Positions 62,253-64,000 of a DNA stretch of 64,000 nt are shown piece after piece. The notes under the pieces are model-generated. The model did not search any database. It saw only the letters and a program-made list of their open reading frames with translations, and was not told the DNA's origin. The position numbers and the translations under genes are program-made. Within the stretch, counting starts at the first letter, position 1. Each line of letters opens with the position of its first letter. The DNA comes from Dehalococcoidia bacterium (GTDB lineage Bacteria > Chloroflexota > Dehalococcoidia > Lucifugimonadales > Australimonadaceae): the NCBI GenBank assembly GCA_965200975.1, contig OZ241740.1, positions 1,282,636-1,346,635 of the forward strand, written 5' to 3'.

Positions 62253-63944
62253 TTGCGGAGCATCCCATTGGCGATTACCGGGGCGCAGATCATCGCGCGC
62301 GCTCTCCGAGCGGAGGGCGTCGACACCATCTTCACCGTTGCAGGCGACCATATTCTGCCGCTGCTCGACGTGCTCTACGATGAAGGGTTCCGGCTGATCG
62401 ATTGCCGCCATGAGCAGGCGGCGGCGCATATGGCCGATGGCTGGGCGCGCATGACCGGCGCCCTTGGCGTTACCGCCGTAACGACTCCCGGACACGCCAA
62501 CGCGCTGCCGGGTCTGCTCAACGCGATGTCTACGGAGAGCCCGATCCTCAACATCTCCGGCTCCGCCGATCTCCGGAACTACCATCGCGGCGTTATGCAG
62601 GAGATCGACCAGGTCGGCATCGCCCGCGCCGTCACGAAAGGCGCCTGGCTTGCGCACGACCCGCGCCGCATTCCCGATCTGATGTCCACCGCTATCCGAA
62701 CGGCTTTCGAAGGACGGCGCGGGCCCGCCCACCTCACCGTCCCGGTCGACGTGCAGAGCGCCTCGGTCGAGGATGAGGAGGCGCGGTTCTTCGATGCGTC
62801 GTCGTACCGGCGGACGCAGCCCATTCAGGCGTCGCAGGCGGCAGTCGAACAGGCGGTGGCTATTCTGCGGAAGGCGGAGCGGCCCGTCATCGTAGCGAGC
62901 ACGCCGGCAGCCTACGGGGACTGGTCGCACATCTACGAGCGTTTCATCGAGACGACGAAGATCCCCTTTATGACAGAGGAGGCTGCCCGAGGCATCGTGT
63001 CGGACGAGCATCCGTACTGCTTCGGGTTCTTCGACCTGAGCCAGCACACCGCGGCGAACCTCATCCGCGAGTCCGACGCAGTGCTCTTCCTCGGCAAGCT
63101 GCTCGACTTCACCATTGGGTTCGGCCTCGGCCCGGTAGTGCCTGCGGGCGCCGCGGTGATACAGGTCGAACCCGATCCCCAGCAAGTGGGACGCAACCGG
63201 GGCGTCGATCTTGCGCTCGTCGGAGACGTTGGGCCGATTGTGGGGCAGCTCGCGGACGAAGCAGCAAAGACGGAGTGGGCGGAGTCGCCGTGGACGGAGC
63301 GCTTCCGGCAGGCCGTCGCGGAGCAGAAGCAGCGCCTGGAGCAGTATGCGACCGACGAGGTCCCGCTGCGTTCGATGTTCGTGCACAGTGTGCTCGCCAG
63401 GCACCTGCGCCCGGACGATGTGCTCGTGTTCGACGGGGGCGACTACGCCTACTACGGGCGGGCGTACCTGCCTGCGCGCAGCCCTCGCAGCTGGTGGTAC
63501 CTGCCGAACCTTGGCTTGCTTGGTCAGGCCGTGCCGGTGGCGATGGCCGCGACGCTCGCCAAACCGGGAGCGCGCGTGTTCTGCGTCACCGGCGACGGCG
63601 CGTTCGGCTTCAACGGAATGGAGATAGACACAGCGGCGCGCCATAAGATGAAGGTAGTGTTCCTTGTCGGCAACGACGCGGCGTGGGGCATTGACAAGAA
63701 TCTGCAGCTCGGCCTGTACGGGAAGGCGGTCATCACCGACCTCGCGCCTTCGCGCTACGATCTTGTCGCGCAAGGGTTGGGCGCCTACGCGGAATTGGTT
63801 GAGCGTCCGGAGGAGCTCGAGCCTGCGCTCCTGCGCGCGCTGGCCGCCGACGGCCCGGCGCTGCTCAACATTATGGTGCGCAGTCAGATCAGCCCCCGGG
63901 CGCAGGCTGTAGTCGCGAGCCGCAAGTTCGGCGGCGGACTCTGA
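62253..63944 (+). CDS. thiamine-diphosphate enzyme (acetolactate synthase / oxalyl-CoA decarboxylase-like family)
   Basis: Long ORF 61581..63944. The family N-terminus begins at ITGAQIIARALRAEGVDTIFTVAGDHI, and the only nearby in-frame starts are TTG 62253 or 62268. ThDP motif: GDGAFGFNGMEIDTAARHKMKVVFLVGNDAAWG. Confidence 0.8.
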   Translation: MRSIPLAITGAQIIARALRAEGVDTIFTVAGDHILPLLDVLYDEGFRLIDCRHEQAAAHMADGWARMTGALGVTAVTTPGHANALPGLLNAMSTESPILNISGSADLRNYHRGVMQEIDQVGIARAVTKGAWLAHDPRRIPDLMSTAIRTAFEGRRGPAHLTVPVDVQSASVEDEEARFFDASSYRRTQPIQASQAAVEQAVAILRKAERPVIVASTPAAYGDWSHIYERFIETTKIPFMTEEAARGIVSDEHPYCFGFFDLSQHTAANLIRESDAVLFLGKLLDFTIGFGLGPVVPAGAAVIQVEPDPQQVGRNRGVDLALVGDVGPIVGQLADEAAKTEWAESPWTERFRQAVAEQKQRLEQYATDEVPLRSMFVHSVLARHLRPDDVLVFDGGDYAYYGRAYLPARSPRSWWYLPNLGLLGQAVPVAMAATLAKPGARVFCVTGDGAFGFNGMEIDTAARHKMKVVFLVGNDAAWGIDKNLQLGLYGKAVITDLAPSRYDLVAQGLGAYAELVERPEELEPALLRALAADGPALLNIMVRSQISPRAQAVVASRKFGGGL

Positions 63945-64000
63945 TCCAACAAGGCGAGTCTCGCGACGCGTCGGGGCTCGAACGAAAGGAGCGGCTATGA

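Overview
High-GC (roughly 65% by eye) bacterial chromosomal segment with about 60 protein genes and one tRNA-Gln(UUG). The gene content resembles catabolic, paralogue-rich Chloroflexota-type genomes, but that placement is inference only. The backbone is catabolic: seven paralogous Rieske non-haem-iron oxygenase alpha-subunit genes, two adjacent acyl-CoA dehydrogenases, five SDRs and an LLM flavin monooxygenase. It also holds two amidohydrolases, a thiolase/DUF35 pair, a class II aldolase, two ThDP enzymes, a methylmalonyl-CoA mutase catalytic subunit, ruvB, chrA and an arsM-like/homocysteine methyltransferase pair. Accessory, lower-GC inserts are: (1) a co-directional vapBC + type III mod-res block (8.3-14.6 kb) whose mod is split at a poly-C tract; (2) an orphan HsdR_N-type nuclease-fold gene; (3) a two-gene cassette (38.8-40.2 kb: coiled-coil protein plus Mrr-like PD-(D/E)xK protein with hydrophobic C-terminal segments) inside the Rieske array; (4) a low-GC islet (50.5-52.3 kb) of tail-anchored TPR/SNAP-like paralogues with a segmental duplication that copied the 3' end of arsM; (5) two large secreted PT-linker proteins (S1 protease-ankyrin; lipoprotein with M1-like HExxH domain), both frame-disrupted. 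A GC-rich palindromic REP-like element occurs at three intergenic loci, once as a 4 x 49-bp array. The best candidates for something undescribed are the Rieske paralogue family, which has a near-invariant Rieske module and divergent catalytic halves and no redox partner in view, and the 38.8-40.2 kb cassette. No CRISPR array, integrase or transposase was seen. Four frameshifts and two in-frame stops fall in accessory genes, so assembly error must be excluded first. All family calls are motif recognition by eye; nothing was searched or computed.
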